In this document: positions 50,714-59,358 of the stretch, one piece after another
Layout of the letters: every line of letters begins with the position of its first letter
How positions within the stretch are numbered: the stretch's first letter is position 1
Notes under the pieces: model-generated
Told to the model about the DNA's origin: nothing
Databases searched by the model: none
Seen by the model: the letters and a program-made list of their open reading frames with translations, nothing else
NCBI GenBank assembly: GCA_044070495.1
Contig: JBIPSI010000016.1
Coordinates: 32,001-96,000 of the forward strand
Length of the DNA: 64,000 bases
Reading direction: 5' to 3'
Source: Spirulina sp.
GTDB lineage: Bacteria; Cyanobacteriota; Cyanobacteriia; Phormidesmidales; Phormidesmidaceae
Position numbers and translations under genes: made by a program

Positions 50714-51214
50714 TTCAAAGTTCAAAGTTCAAAGTTCAAAATTCAAAGTTCAAAGTTCAAAGTTCAAAATGGAAAAGTCTGTTCAGCCCATTACGGAGAG
50801 AACGTTTGCGTTTGCGGTGCGGATTGTGAAGCTCTGTCAGACGGTGGGAGCTACGATGGGGGTGAGCCAGCCTTTGGTGAGGCAGTTGATCCGGTCGGGA
50901 ACATCGGTGGGGGCTAATGTGGAGGAAGCGCAGGCGGCGCAAAGTCGGGCAGATTTTATCCACAAAATGGAAATTGCGCTGAAGGAGCTACGGGAGACTC
51001 GCTACTGGTTGCGCTTGCTAGTGGCGACCGACTTGGTGCCAGAGGAGCAAATGAGGGGATTGATGGGTGAGGCGGAGGAGTTGGTGAAGATTATGTCGAA
51101 GATTGTGGTGAATACGAAGGCGAGGAATAAAGTTCAAAATTGAAAATTCAATGTTCAAAAAGGTCAACTTAGACTTCTTTATTTTTTGAATTCATAATTT
51201 TGAATTTTGAATTG
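50714..51214. repeat. TTCAAAR heptamer tracts framing the four-helix-bundle gene
   Basis: 8 copies at 50714-50769; about 4 degenerate direct copies at 51133-51160; about 4 inverted TTTTGAA copies at 51184-51214. Confidence 0.9.
50769..51143 (+). CDS. Four helix bundle protein (23S rRNA IVS protein / Avd-like family)
   Basis: ERTFAFAVRIVKL, QLIRSGTSVGANVEEAQAAQSRADFIHK..IALKE.RETRYWLRLL. Confidence 0.93.
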   Translation: MEKSVQPITERTFAFAVRIVKLCQTVGATMGVSQPLVRQLIRSGTSVGANVEEAQAAQSRADFIHKMEIALKELRETRYWLRLLVATDLVPEEQMRGLMGEAEELVKIMSKIVVNTKARNKVQN

Positions 51215-51697
51215 ATATGCAACAGGGCTTTTTTTACGACTACAGCAACTACGGCACCTACGACCGTTTGACCACGGATGGCCTGACGCAATGGCACCCG
51301 TCTTTTTTGGCGTTGGGGGCCACGCTGGAACTCTGTGCTGAGGCGTATCGGAAATTTTGCAAAAAATATAAGCCCAAACCCAAGCCAGAGCGGCGCAATA
51401 CCTGGGGCAGCAAAAAACTGGCGGCGATTCGGCAGAAGATGAAGGCCAAAAAAAAGACCCCTGGCCAACAAAGCCTGTGGGATGAATGGCAAGCGCCGAT
51501 GGATGCGGTGCAAAAGGTTGCTAAGAAATTTGTATTAGCGAATTGTTTGAACCCAGATGTGGTAAGTGCCCGATTTGAGGCCAATACGACCTGACGCCCG
51601 GTGCCAGGTAAGCGATCCCCGAAACACCTAGTTTTCCGTGCAGAGGGGGTCGGTAATCATTCTTTTGGATCGGGCTGAAGCGCTTATCTGCTACAGT

Positions 51698-53971
51698 TTA
51701 CAAGTCTCTGTGCGAGAGAAGAGATGCCCACCCCCCCCAAACCCCCCCAGGAAATTCTCCTGCGGGGGAAAAAGAAGGGTTGGCTTTTAGGTCGCTGTAG
51801 TTCAGGTAGCTTCCGTCCTTGCGCCAGCCGACGCGATCTGCAAAGTCTTCCCAAGTTTCTTCATGATACTTGCCATCGAGCGGGTTGCCGCATTCCACAT
51901 AAAGTTGCTTTTGTACGCTGAAGCCAAACTTGCCTTGGCTGTACTTCACCCATAGCCCATCGAGGTGCAGCAAATCAGGGCAAGGAAAGTTGAGTAGCTC
52001 ATTCGAGTAAAGAATTCGTCCAAACTCTTTGCCATAGGTTTGCAGCATCAAGCGCCAGGTTTCCTCATCGGATTCTCTCCATTGGCCCTGTTGCAGGTAT
52101 TCCTCTAGCTGGCCAAAACGGCGGATTTTGATATCGGCCACTAGGTCATCATCTAAACGGCGGCGGTTAACGCGCAGGCAATCGTAGGCTAGGGATGCGG
52201 CGGCGTGGCTGCGGCGATAGGCGGCACGGAGCAAGTTGGTGGGGTTGACCTGGGCAACGTAGAGCAGAACGGTGCCCTTCCAGTATTCGTTGTCGAAGTT
52301 TTGCAAAAGCAGGTCTTCGTAGCTGGGGTCTCTTTGTACCTGATCTTTGATTTGGGTGGCGGCTAGGTATTCTTGAAAGCTGCGGTGGGCAAATTCGTAG
52401 CCGTCGTCTTTTTTCACCAGCAGTTCGCTCACCCGTTCAATGGTTTGGAGAAAGGGGCGAGGGGCAACGGTTTCGTCCTGGTCAGCCAAGCCCTGTTGAA
52501 TCAAGTCGAGCAGGGCATCGACGGGAATCACCTGCTGTTCGGCCTTCACCATGGCCAGAGCGACGTTTTGTAACACGGCCTGACTCGCCTCGGCGGGCAG
52601 GGGCAAATCCACCTTTTTGGCCATGGGGCGATCTCCCAGTTGCAGTTTGCAAATGCCGGAATATAACTCGGCCTGACGCTGGGGCAGTTGTTCGTTGGGG
52701 TAGCTGCGGTGAAACATGGCGATCATATTCAGCATCAGCGGATTTTCGGCCATGCTTTCCAGTTCTGGGCGATTGTCGATTTGGCTCAGCAGGTTTTCGG
52801 CCCGTTGCTTGGCAGCTTCTTGCACATCGGGTGTCAGGCGGTTGCCCCGATGAAAGCGCTCTTGGCACAGATACCACTGCTCCACAAAGCGGCGGCGTTG
52901 GTCTTCGTCAAAGGGTTGCACGGCTAGGGGCGTTTGCACCCTTTCGGCGGAGTAATCGGTGTCGTAGGCGGTGGGGCGCGAGGTGAGAATAAACACCGTG
53001 TTTGGGTACGCCTGCATTTGGTGGGTAATCCACTGGCTAACGGCGGGGCGCTGGGCTTCGGCAACTTCGTCAAAGCCGTCGAGCATCACCAGCAGGCGTC
53101 CGGTGTGCAGCAGGTTTTCGGCCCAGGAGGTCGGGATATCTAGAGCCTTGCCCTGGGCTAGGGCTTTGGCATGATGCTGGGTGATCAGTTCTGGCAGGGC
53201 GGGGGCATTGGGCTGGGCAATCGTGTCTCGCCAGGTGCGGAGGTACAACAGCACGGGGATAAGGCGAGGGGCTTTGTAGCGACAGCGCACCAAGCGAGGG
53301 CGAGTGGCATAGAGATAGGTGAGGTGGCGCAGCAGGGTGGTTTTGCCAAAGCCGCCGTAGGCTTTGATCACCAAATGGCGAAACTGGGGCGTTTTGGCAC
53401 TGAGGGCGAGGATATCCCAAATTTGCTGGGTGGGCCGCTCCTGCATCTGCTGAAGGATGTCTTCGGGCTTGTCGCCAAAGCCGGGTAAGGTGGGCAGGGC
53501 TTGGCCTTCAAAATTACGCAAAAACTCACTGCTGAGCTTCAGCGGTACATAGACTTCATCCAGGTCAGGATTCAAAATGCCAGAGGGCAGGGGTACTTCG
53601 TTATGGCTCACATAGGCACGACAAGCGCTGGCCTGAGCTTTGAGGTACTGGCCTTCCGTTCCCGAAAAGCGCCAACGAATTGCCCGATCCAGCCGATCAA
53701 GGAAAGCGACCAAGGCATCGGCATCCTGGGTGCCACGCTCCCCGGCAATTTCCCCCAACCGAGCCGTAAAGTTGCCCGTATACCTGGCCCACACCGCCGT
53801 TACCACCATGGCCGGAAACGTGAGCATGGCCATCGCCCACTCTTGCTGAAGTAAAAAGTGTGCAAAGGCCCAGCCACTCCCCCCCAACGGGCTCCACTGG
53901 ATCAAGGCATCCACAGCCTTTTGTACGTAGCGACGTTCAGGGCTGGAATTCGGGGCAGGTGGCTGAGTCAT
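51698..53971 (-). CDS. NACHT NTPase with C-terminal GUN4 domain
   Basis: Walker A AYGGFGKTT, Walker B LLVMLDGFDE, NPLML, FAHRSFQEYLAA; GUN4-like W.ESDEET...FPCPDL..LD.LW..YS.GKFGFSVQK. Confidence 0.9.
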   Translation of the reverse strand: MTQPPAPNSSPERRYVQKAVDALIQWSPLGGSGWAFAHFLLQQEWAMAMLTFPAMVVTAVWARYTGNFTARLGEIAGERGTQDADALVAFLDRLDRAIRWRFSGTEGQYLKAQASACRAYVSHNEVPLPSGILNPDLDEVYVPLKLSSEFLRNFEGQALPTLPGFGDKPEDILQQMQERPTQQIWDILALSAKTPQFRHLVIKAYGGFGKTTLLRHLTYLYATRPRLVRCRYKAPRLIPVLLYLRTWRDTIAQPNAPALPELITQHHAKALAQGKALDIPTSWAENLLHTGRLLVMLDGFDEVAEAQRPAVSQWITHQMQAYPNTVFILTSRPTAYDTDYSAERVQTPLAVQPFDEDQRRRFVEQWYLCQERFHRGNRLTPDVQEAAKQRAENLLSQIDNRPELESMAENPLMLNMIAMFHRSYPNEQLPQRQAELYSGICKLQLGDRPMAKKVDLPLPAEASQAVLQNVALAMVKAEQQVIPVDALLDLIQQGLADQDETVAPRPFLQTIERVSELLVKKDDGYEFAHRSFQEYLAATQIKDQVQRDPSYEDLLLQNFDNEYWKGTVLLYVAQVNPTNLLRAAYRRSHAAASLAYDCLRVNRRRLDDDLVADIKIRRFGQLEEYLQQGQWRESDEETWRLMLQTYGKEFGRILYSNELLNFPCPDLLHLDGLWVKYSQGKFGFSVQKQLYVECGNPLDGKYHEETWEDFADRVGWRKDGSYLNYSDLKANPSFSPAGEFPGGVWGGWASLLSHRDL

Positions 53972-54199
53972 GGGCGTGTGGCGGCGGCGGGTTGCCTTCT
54001 ATTGTGGCCCACCCTAGAAAAACTGCATCTGCGGTTCTGTGCCCCCAAGACTTCACCCACCTCAGATTCATCGCCCAGCCCCAACCCTGGAGCAACCTGT
54101 CGTGAGCTTGCCAAACAGAGGGCCAAGGCCAGGAACTTGCCCTAGCCTTGGCCCAGCTTGAGGAATATGCCCCGGTGCTAGCTCTAAGATTCTAGGCAA

Positions 54200-54370
54200 C
54201 TAGCTGCCGTGGCAGCCGCAGCCCTTGTGGCCACAGCCGTCGCCGCTGGTGTGCCCGTTGGCGCAGGCCTCGCTGCAATAGTAATGGCCGTCTTTTTCTA
54301 GGGCTTTGCTGGTATCAACAATACACAGGCAAGATTCGCAGGCGCACTTCATTTGGGTTACGGCGGTCAT
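54200..54370 (-). CDS. smtA: Prokaryotic metallothionein SmtA (56 aa), not in the ORF track
   Basis: MTAVTQMKCACESCLCIVDTSKALEKDGHYYCSEACANGHTSGDGCGHKGCGCHGS; RBS AGGAG; divergent from an ArsR/SmtB gene. Confidence 0.95.
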   Translation of the reverse strand: MTAVTQMKCACESCLCIVDTSKALEKDGHYYCSEACANGHTSGDGCGHKGCGCHGS

Positions 54371-54393
54371 CGGGACTCCTTACATCCACAAGG

Positions 54394-54440
54394 ATGAATA
54401 GCTGTTCATGGGTTCATATTAACACCTGAATATCTGTTCA
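54394..54440. promoter_or_regulatory. Two SmtB-type operator inverted repeats
   Basis: ATGAATAGCTGTTCAT (54394-54409) and TGAATATCTGTTCA (54427-54440), matching the TGAAYA-N2-TRTTCA core of SmtB operators. Confidence 0.8.
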
Positions 54441-54541
54441 AGGGTAGAGAGTTTGTTAAGCTTTAATGAGTCCAACGTGTATCCCCAGGGCAGAGTTTCT
54501 GGGGGAATGCTAGGCGTGCGTGAACCCTTGTTGCAATTCCA

Positions 54542-54922
54542 ATGTCCCCCTTGCCCCACCCACCCACTCCTGAGTCTGATCCGCCCACCGTTGAGCCAAG
54601 GGCTGAGTTGGATCACCCGGGCCCTGAGATTCTGAGCCAAGAAAAGGCAGAGCGGATGGCGGAATTCTTTGGCGGATTGGGTGATCCGAACCGCTGGCGC
54701 ATTTTGTCGGCCCTAGCCTTGGGAGAGCGACGGGTGGGAGAGTTGGCGGCGGCGGTGGCCATGAGTGAATCGGCGGTGTCGCACCAGTTGCGAACCCTCC
54801 GCAATCTGCGCCTCGTGAGCCGCCAGAAACAGGGGCGTACGGTGGTGTATCGCCTCACCGATCACCATATTTTTGATCTCTACCATGCCGCCTCAGAACA
54901 CCTCGATGAACCGACAGACTAG
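54542..54922 (+). CDS. smtB: ArsR/SmtB family Zn-sensing repressor
   Basis: [28 protein letters not shown], alpha5 ligands DHH...EHLDE. Confidence 0.9.
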   Translation: MSPLPHPPTPESDPPTVEPRAELDHPGPEILSQEKAERMAEFFGGLGDPNRWRILSALALGERRVGELAAAVAMSESAVSHQLRTLRNLRLVSRQKQGRTVVYRLTDHHIFDLYHAASEHLDEPTD

Positions 54923-55070
54923 CCTGATCCCCCCCGTTGAATGGGAAGAGGGCGGTGCCTTGGGAAACCCTGAGACAAGCCATGGCTTAGGGTAGACCCC
55001 TTCATCCGAAGAATGCGGTAATATCAGCGGAACAGATTGACCCGATTGACCTGCCGGAAGGAGATTCCCT

Positions 55071-55319
55071 ATGTTTCACCTCTATTTTGGGGCCTTTGAC
55101 CTAGTACTCTACCTGGGGGGCATCTATGCCGCCATGACCCTAGCCAAGGCCATCTGTGATCAGATGGATGCCGCCGAGGTTTCCCAGGCGGTGGATCAGG
55201 GGGATAAAACAGGGGATGCGGCCCGCGCCATGGCTCCCATGCAGCCTATCCCGGCTCACCTATCGGCTCCGGCAACGAAGCGCGAAGGCGTTGGCGTCAA
55301 AGTATCCGTGAATGGATAG
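55071..55319 (+). CDS. Small hypothetical protein with N-terminal hydrophobic segment
   Basis: Strong RBS AGGAG upstream; 82 aa; no family recognised. Confidence 0.6.
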   Translation: MFHLYFGAFDLVLYLGGIYAAMTLAKAICDQMDAAEVSQAVDQGDKTGDAARAMAPMQPIPAHLSAPATKREGVGVKVSVNG

Positions 55320-55593
55320 GATATTTGAGCGATAGCCAACGCATGAAGGTATCGAAATGTAACTCAAATGCGTAGTTTTATTTCCTTCTGTAGCGATCTG
55401 GATAACAGGTCGTTTTTTTATGACAAAAGGCATCTAAAAAGCGTAGTTTTAACCACGTTTTTTGTGGCGCAAACGTCCAATCTGAACTACTTTTTGGCGA
55501 ATCTAGAGAGATTATTAAAACGTAGTCCAAGGCATAAACTTTGGTAGCTGGGGTTGTTATGCCTAGGGGGCCGTTTGCTTAGGAGGGTAGCCG

Positions 55594-57183
55594 ATGACCT
55601 ACGCCGTTCAGACCGATTGCGTTGCCTGCGATCAGTGCCGCCCCACCTGTCCCCAGGGAGCCATCAAGCCATCGGAGGAGGGCTACTGGATTGACCCCAC
55701 CCTCTGCGACCAATGCCCTGATGCGGAGACGCCCCCCTGCGTAGCGGCCTGTGATCTGGGTGCCCTGGCCCCTTTGCAACCGAAAAAGGGGCGTCACCGC
55801 AGTACGCTGCTCCCGGCGGCCATCCCTAGCATTTTCCTGAACGGCAAAACCACCCCCTTTGCCTCCTCCATGGTGGTGTGGGAGGCCTGTAACCTGTTGG
55901 CCCAGCGCCAGTCCCTCCCCTGGCAGGCCGATAAAGACCAGCGCCTTTGCTATCTGCGCACTATTCACCGGGGACGGGGCACCCTGCGCCTGCGCCTCGC
56001 CGCTAACCCGGAGGATCCCCAACCCCAACCCCTGGGCTATGAGGAGGGGCAAGGGGTTCTACAGCAGATGGATCTGCGGGCGGCCTGTCTCCACCTCATC
56101 TTTGCGGCCCACGCCACCACCCTCGACCGACCCTGGGATAGCCCCTTCGTCATCAACGATCAACACATTGAAGCCTACCTAGGACTGAATCGCCGCAAAG
56201 ACCTCAGCAAGCTAGAAAAACTCACCCTGATTAAAACCTTGGTCTACCAAGCCTGCCAACCCCTCGTCTGCCTCGACTGGCCTCGCCAAGGACGGGTACG
56301 GGGCTTTTCCCTACCAGAACATCCGGTGTGGCAGCACCTAGACACCCAGTACTATTTCGAGCCCGACGCCGAGGGCAACCGCCACCTGATTGGCCTCAGC
56401 TTTACCCTACAGGCAGGGCTATGGAGTCGCTACTTCCTCAATCGGCAGGACTACCGCAAACAAACGGCCTTCTACCAGTACGGCACCCTGCCCCAGTCGT
56501 TGATTACCGAGGTGATGGGCCACTGGCAACAGCACGAAGGAGCTGTGCGTCTGCTGCTGTGGTTGGTGTTTAAGCTACGCCTTGGTCAAAATCACCGCAT
56601 GACCGTGCGCACCCTGCTACGCATTGCCTACGGCGAAGAACGCCTCACCACCGCCATGACCGTGCGTGGTGCCCACAAGCGGCTGCTGAAAACCTTCGAG
56701 ACCGACCTCGAAACCCTCCACCACTACGGCCTCAGCCCCCAGTTCGACCCCGAAACCTATGGCCCCGATATTCAGCCCCTGTGGGCCAGGGTGGCCGATA
56801 TTCCCGACGATGCCGACGATGCCCTCGACTTCTGGGCCAACGACGCCCACCAAGACCTCAGCCTCACCCAGCGCGCCCCCCGCGACAAATGGCCGCGCCT
56901 GCTGAACGCTCGCATCCTAGGGTTTGACCTCGCTCCAGACTGGCAGCAGCCCAGCCTCAAGCCCCACCGCCGCCGTCGGCCCAAGGCCGATCCTCACCCC
57001 GCTGGCCCACCCCTCTCCACCGATACCATTCGCCAGGCCCGGCAACGGCTGCAACTTAGTCAGCGCGACCTAGCCCAACGGCTGGGCAAAAGCCAAAGCT
57101 GGGTGCGAGACGTGGAAAAGGGACGTTTTCAGATCAGCCCCGACGATCAAGATCGCCTGCGCCGCACCCTAGAGTTGGGTTGA
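55594..57183 (+). CDS. cnfR: CnfR/PatB nif transcriptional activator (ferredoxin + XRE HTH)
   Basis: N-terminal CVACDQCRPTCP...CDQC...CVAAC; C-terminal IRQARQRLQLSQRDLAQRLGKSQSWVRDVEKGR; 529 aa. Confidence 0.88.
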   Translation: MTYAVQTDCVACDQCRPTCPQGAIKPSEEGYWIDPTLCDQCPDAETPPCVAACDLGALAPLQPKKGRHRSTLLPAAIPSIFLNGKTTPFASSMVVWEACNLLAQRQSLPWQADKDQRLCYLRTIHRGRGTLRLRLAANPEDPQPQPLGYEEGQGVLQQMDLRAACLHLIFAAHATTLDRPWDSPFVINDQHIEAYLGLNRRKDLSKLEKLTLIKTLVYQACQPLVCLDWPRQGRVRGFSLPEHPVWQHLDTQYYFEPDAEGNRHLIGLSFTLQAGLWSRYFLNRQDYRKQTAFYQYGTLPQSLITEVMGHWQQHEGAVRLLLWLVFKLRLGQNHRMTVRTLLRIAYGEERLTTAMTVRGAHKRLLKTFETDLETLHHYGLSPQFDPETYGPDIQPLWARVADIPDDADDALDFWANDAHQDLSLTQRAPRDKWPRLLNARILGFDLAPDWQQPSLKPHRRRRPKADPHPAGPPLSTDTIRQARQRLQLSQRDLAQRLGKSQSWVRDVEKGRFQISPDDQDRLRRTLELG

Positions 57184-57190
57184 CGCGACC

Positions 57191-57472
57191 CTACTTCTGA
57201 CCTCGATTCTCCAGCCACAGCAACAACCCTACGGTGCCCAACACCCCAAACTGAATCAGCAGATTCAGCCCCAAATCCTCCGTGGCTCGGCCTGCTAGCC
57301 CTTGGGTAACCATAATAAAGGCTCCAATGGCTGCCGAGGCCCCCGCCGTCAGGTATACCACCCGCCGTAACCCCCGGTAGGGAGCCTTAGCCTCTGCCCG
57401 CAAACGGGCATATTTTTCAGGACTCATCCCCTGGGGTGGGCGTTGGGGGGACGGGGAATCGGGCCTAGTCAT
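57191..57472 (-). CDS. DUF3493 family membrane protein
   Basis: YARLRAEAKAPYRGLRR..Y..AGAS..IG, two TM segments. Confidence 0.85.
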   Translation of the reverse strand: MTRPDSPSPQRPPQGMSPEKYARLRAEAKAPYRGLRRVVYLTAGASAAIGAFIMVTQGLAGRATEDLGLNLLIQFGVLGTVGLLLWLENRGQK

Positions 57473-57570
57473 AGCAGGACGCTCCTAAAAAATTTCCTCC
57501 CCAATCCCTTGGGGAAGGGGCAGTGCACAGACGACCCACCCTGTTATACTAATTGACTGTGAGATCCTAT

Positions 57571-57642
57571 GCCGATGTGGCTCAGTGGTAGAGCACTCGA
57601 TTCGTAATCGAGCGGTCGCGGGTTCAAATCCCGCCATCGGCT
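57571..57642 (+). tRNA. trnT: tRNA-Thr(CGT)
   Basis: GCCGATGTGGCTCAGTGGTAGAGCACTCGATTCGTAATCGAGCGGTCGCGGGTTCAAATCCCGCCATCGGCT; anticodon CGT. Confidence 0.96.
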
Positions 57643-57923
57643 TAAACGCCATAACATTTGACTGGCAAGGGTTTCAAGGTGAATTAGCCTCGGTAGTGCA
57701 TTAATGCACTACCCTCACCTGAAAGCCATTAAGACCTATCAGCAATGGCTTTTGAGCAACCAGCGGCGTAAACGATAGTAGCTTGGGTGCTGAATTAGGA
57801 GTTGGCTTAGAGCCTGGTTCCGGAAATGCTGCGAAGCTTTGGATGGGGTTATGGTTCAGGAACAAACGTACTCAAGATGGATGGAAAGCAGTACACTCGT
57901 TCAGCACCATGAGCTAGCGCGTT

Positions 57924-58097
57924 ATGATCCACATCATTCGCCAGAGAGCAGAACCTGAGCAGATGCGTCAGATGCTAGAGGCGCTGGGAATTTACATTAA
58001 ACTGGCGGCAGATGTTAAGCGCCGCATTCTGGCTAGAGGAGGCGAATTGCAGTTCTATTGGACGATGGCAGCCAGCGCGGCCTGCCTATACTCTTGA
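57924..58097 (+). pseudogene. Truncated/frameshifted DUF5674-like gene
   Basis: MIHIIRQRAEPEQMRQMLEALGIYIKLAADVKRRILARGGEL; the expected continuation AVLLDDGSQ is in another frame. Confidence 0.6.
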
Positions 58098-58146
58098 CGA
58101 GCAAGGCGTTTTCTAGCAAGCTTTGAAGGCTTGCCTGCACCTCTGA

Positions 58147-59358
58147 GTGAACCCGGCTATTTTGGCAATTCGGCTGCGCACGACAGTAATCGAGCTTTTT
58201 TCAACCTTCATTCGGTTTGCGGACGATCACTTTGAGGGTTGGGCTAGCGATCGGCGGCTGAAAAAGGCCATGGAAGACCGCCTGGGCCAGGCCGACGCGG
58301 CTGCCCAATCGGAGGGGTTTTGGGCGCTATACTGGCACAAATGCTGGCCGACCCACAAGCAGGCAGAGACCCATCTACAGGCCTATCTCCAGGAGCCCTG
58401 CTATTGGGCCACCCAACGGATCACCCAGCGCTTTGGCAGCGATCAGTGGACCCTGGCCGATGGCTTTCAAACGGCGATCGCCCACACGCCCAGCATTCTC
58501 AAGCGCTACCGCCCCGACTATGGCAGCGATTTGAGGGCCTACGCCCTAACCGCGTTTGGCAACGTAGTGCGCGACCAGATGCGGCAGCAGCAGACGGCTA
58601 ATATTTGTAGCGATTGGGGCCTGTTGCGACGGCTGAGCCGGGTGCAGGTGCAGCGATCGCTGGAGGCCGCTGGAATTACCCAGACCGAGGCGGCCATTCT
58701 ACTCTGGCAGTGCTTTAAAGCGGTTTGTCGGCCCGATCCCCAACGCTCGGTGCGGGCGCTACCGTCGTCACCCCCCGACCAGCTGGCCCAAATGGCGGCG
58801 CGCTACAACCGTCTGCGGGTTCAGCTCAGCCCCATCCCTCCCCGGTTGGAGGACGAGGATCTGGTGGGCAAGCTTCAGCAAATTGTGCAAGCGGCCCGTG
58901 CCCACCTGGTGCCAAAGGTGACGTCGCTGAACGATCCTCAGTTTGACCACGGGGCGCACGAGCAGATCGAGAGCTTGATCGGTGATGATGTGCCGATGGC
59001 TCGGCTCTTGGCGGAGGAAGCCTATGCGGAACAGCAGCGGCGGGTACGGCAGATGGAGGAGGTGCTGAAGAATGCGATCGCGGCGCTCCCCCCCGCCGAT
59101 CAGACCTTGCTGCGGCTTTACTACCAGGAGCAGTTAACCCAAACGGCGATCGCCCAGCAGCTCCACATTCAGCAGTATCAGGTGTCGCGGCGGCTGAACC
59201 GGGTGCGCCAGCAGTTCCTGGCCGAGGTGGCTCAATGGAGCCAGGAAAGCCTGCATATTGCCCTGGATTCTGCCGTACTAGGCAGTATGAGCGACGCGAT
59301 TCACGAGTGGCTACAGCGGCGTTACGCAGCAGAGGATCTAGATGAGTTTGGTGTTTGA
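58147..59358 (+). CDS. Cyanobacterial sigma-70 family (HetZ-related) sigma-like factor
   Basis: HL.AYLQEPCYW, SDWGLLR, region-4 HTH LLRLYYQEQLTQTAIAQQLHIQQYQVSRRL. Confidence 0.85.
   Translation: MNPAILAIRLRTTVIELFSTFIRFADDHFEGWASDRRLKKAMEDRLGQADAAAQSEGFWALYWHKCWPTHKQAETHLQAYLQEPCYWATQRITQRFGSDQWTLADGFQTAIAHTPSILKRYRPDYGSDLRAYALTAFGNVVRDQMRQQQTANICSDWGLLRRLSRVQVQRSLEAAGITQTEAAILLWQCFKAVCRPDPQRSVRALPSSPPDQLAQMAARYNRLRVQLSPIPPRLEDEDLVGKLQQIVQAARAHLVPKVTSLNDPQFDHGAHEQIESLIGDDVPMARLLAEEAYAEQQRRVRQMEEVLKNAIAALPPADQTLLRLYYQEQLTQTAIAQQLHIQQYQVSRRLNRVRQQFLAEVAQWSQESLHIALDSAVLGSMSDAIHEWLQRRYAAEDLDEFGV

Larger units (their letters stand above)
50501..51594 (+). pseudogene. Y1/HUH (IS200/RAYT-like) transposase split by an inserted cassette
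   Basis: N-terminal part 50501-50701: YHVTVRCNNRE...CIMSNHVHYLIEP (HUH). C-terminal part 51217-51594: MQQGFFYDYSNYG. The central segment with the catalytic Y..NP motif is missing. Confidence 0.85.

Noticed and set aside
50769..51143. Diversity-generating retroelement suggested by the Avd-like fold
   Set aside because: No reverse transcriptase and no TR/VR pair differing at adenines was seen in the window.
55349..55406. NtcA boxes upstream of cnfR (GTATCGAAATGTAAC, GTAGCGATCTGGATAAC)
   Set aside because: Neither fits GTA-N8-TAC exactly; too weak to call.
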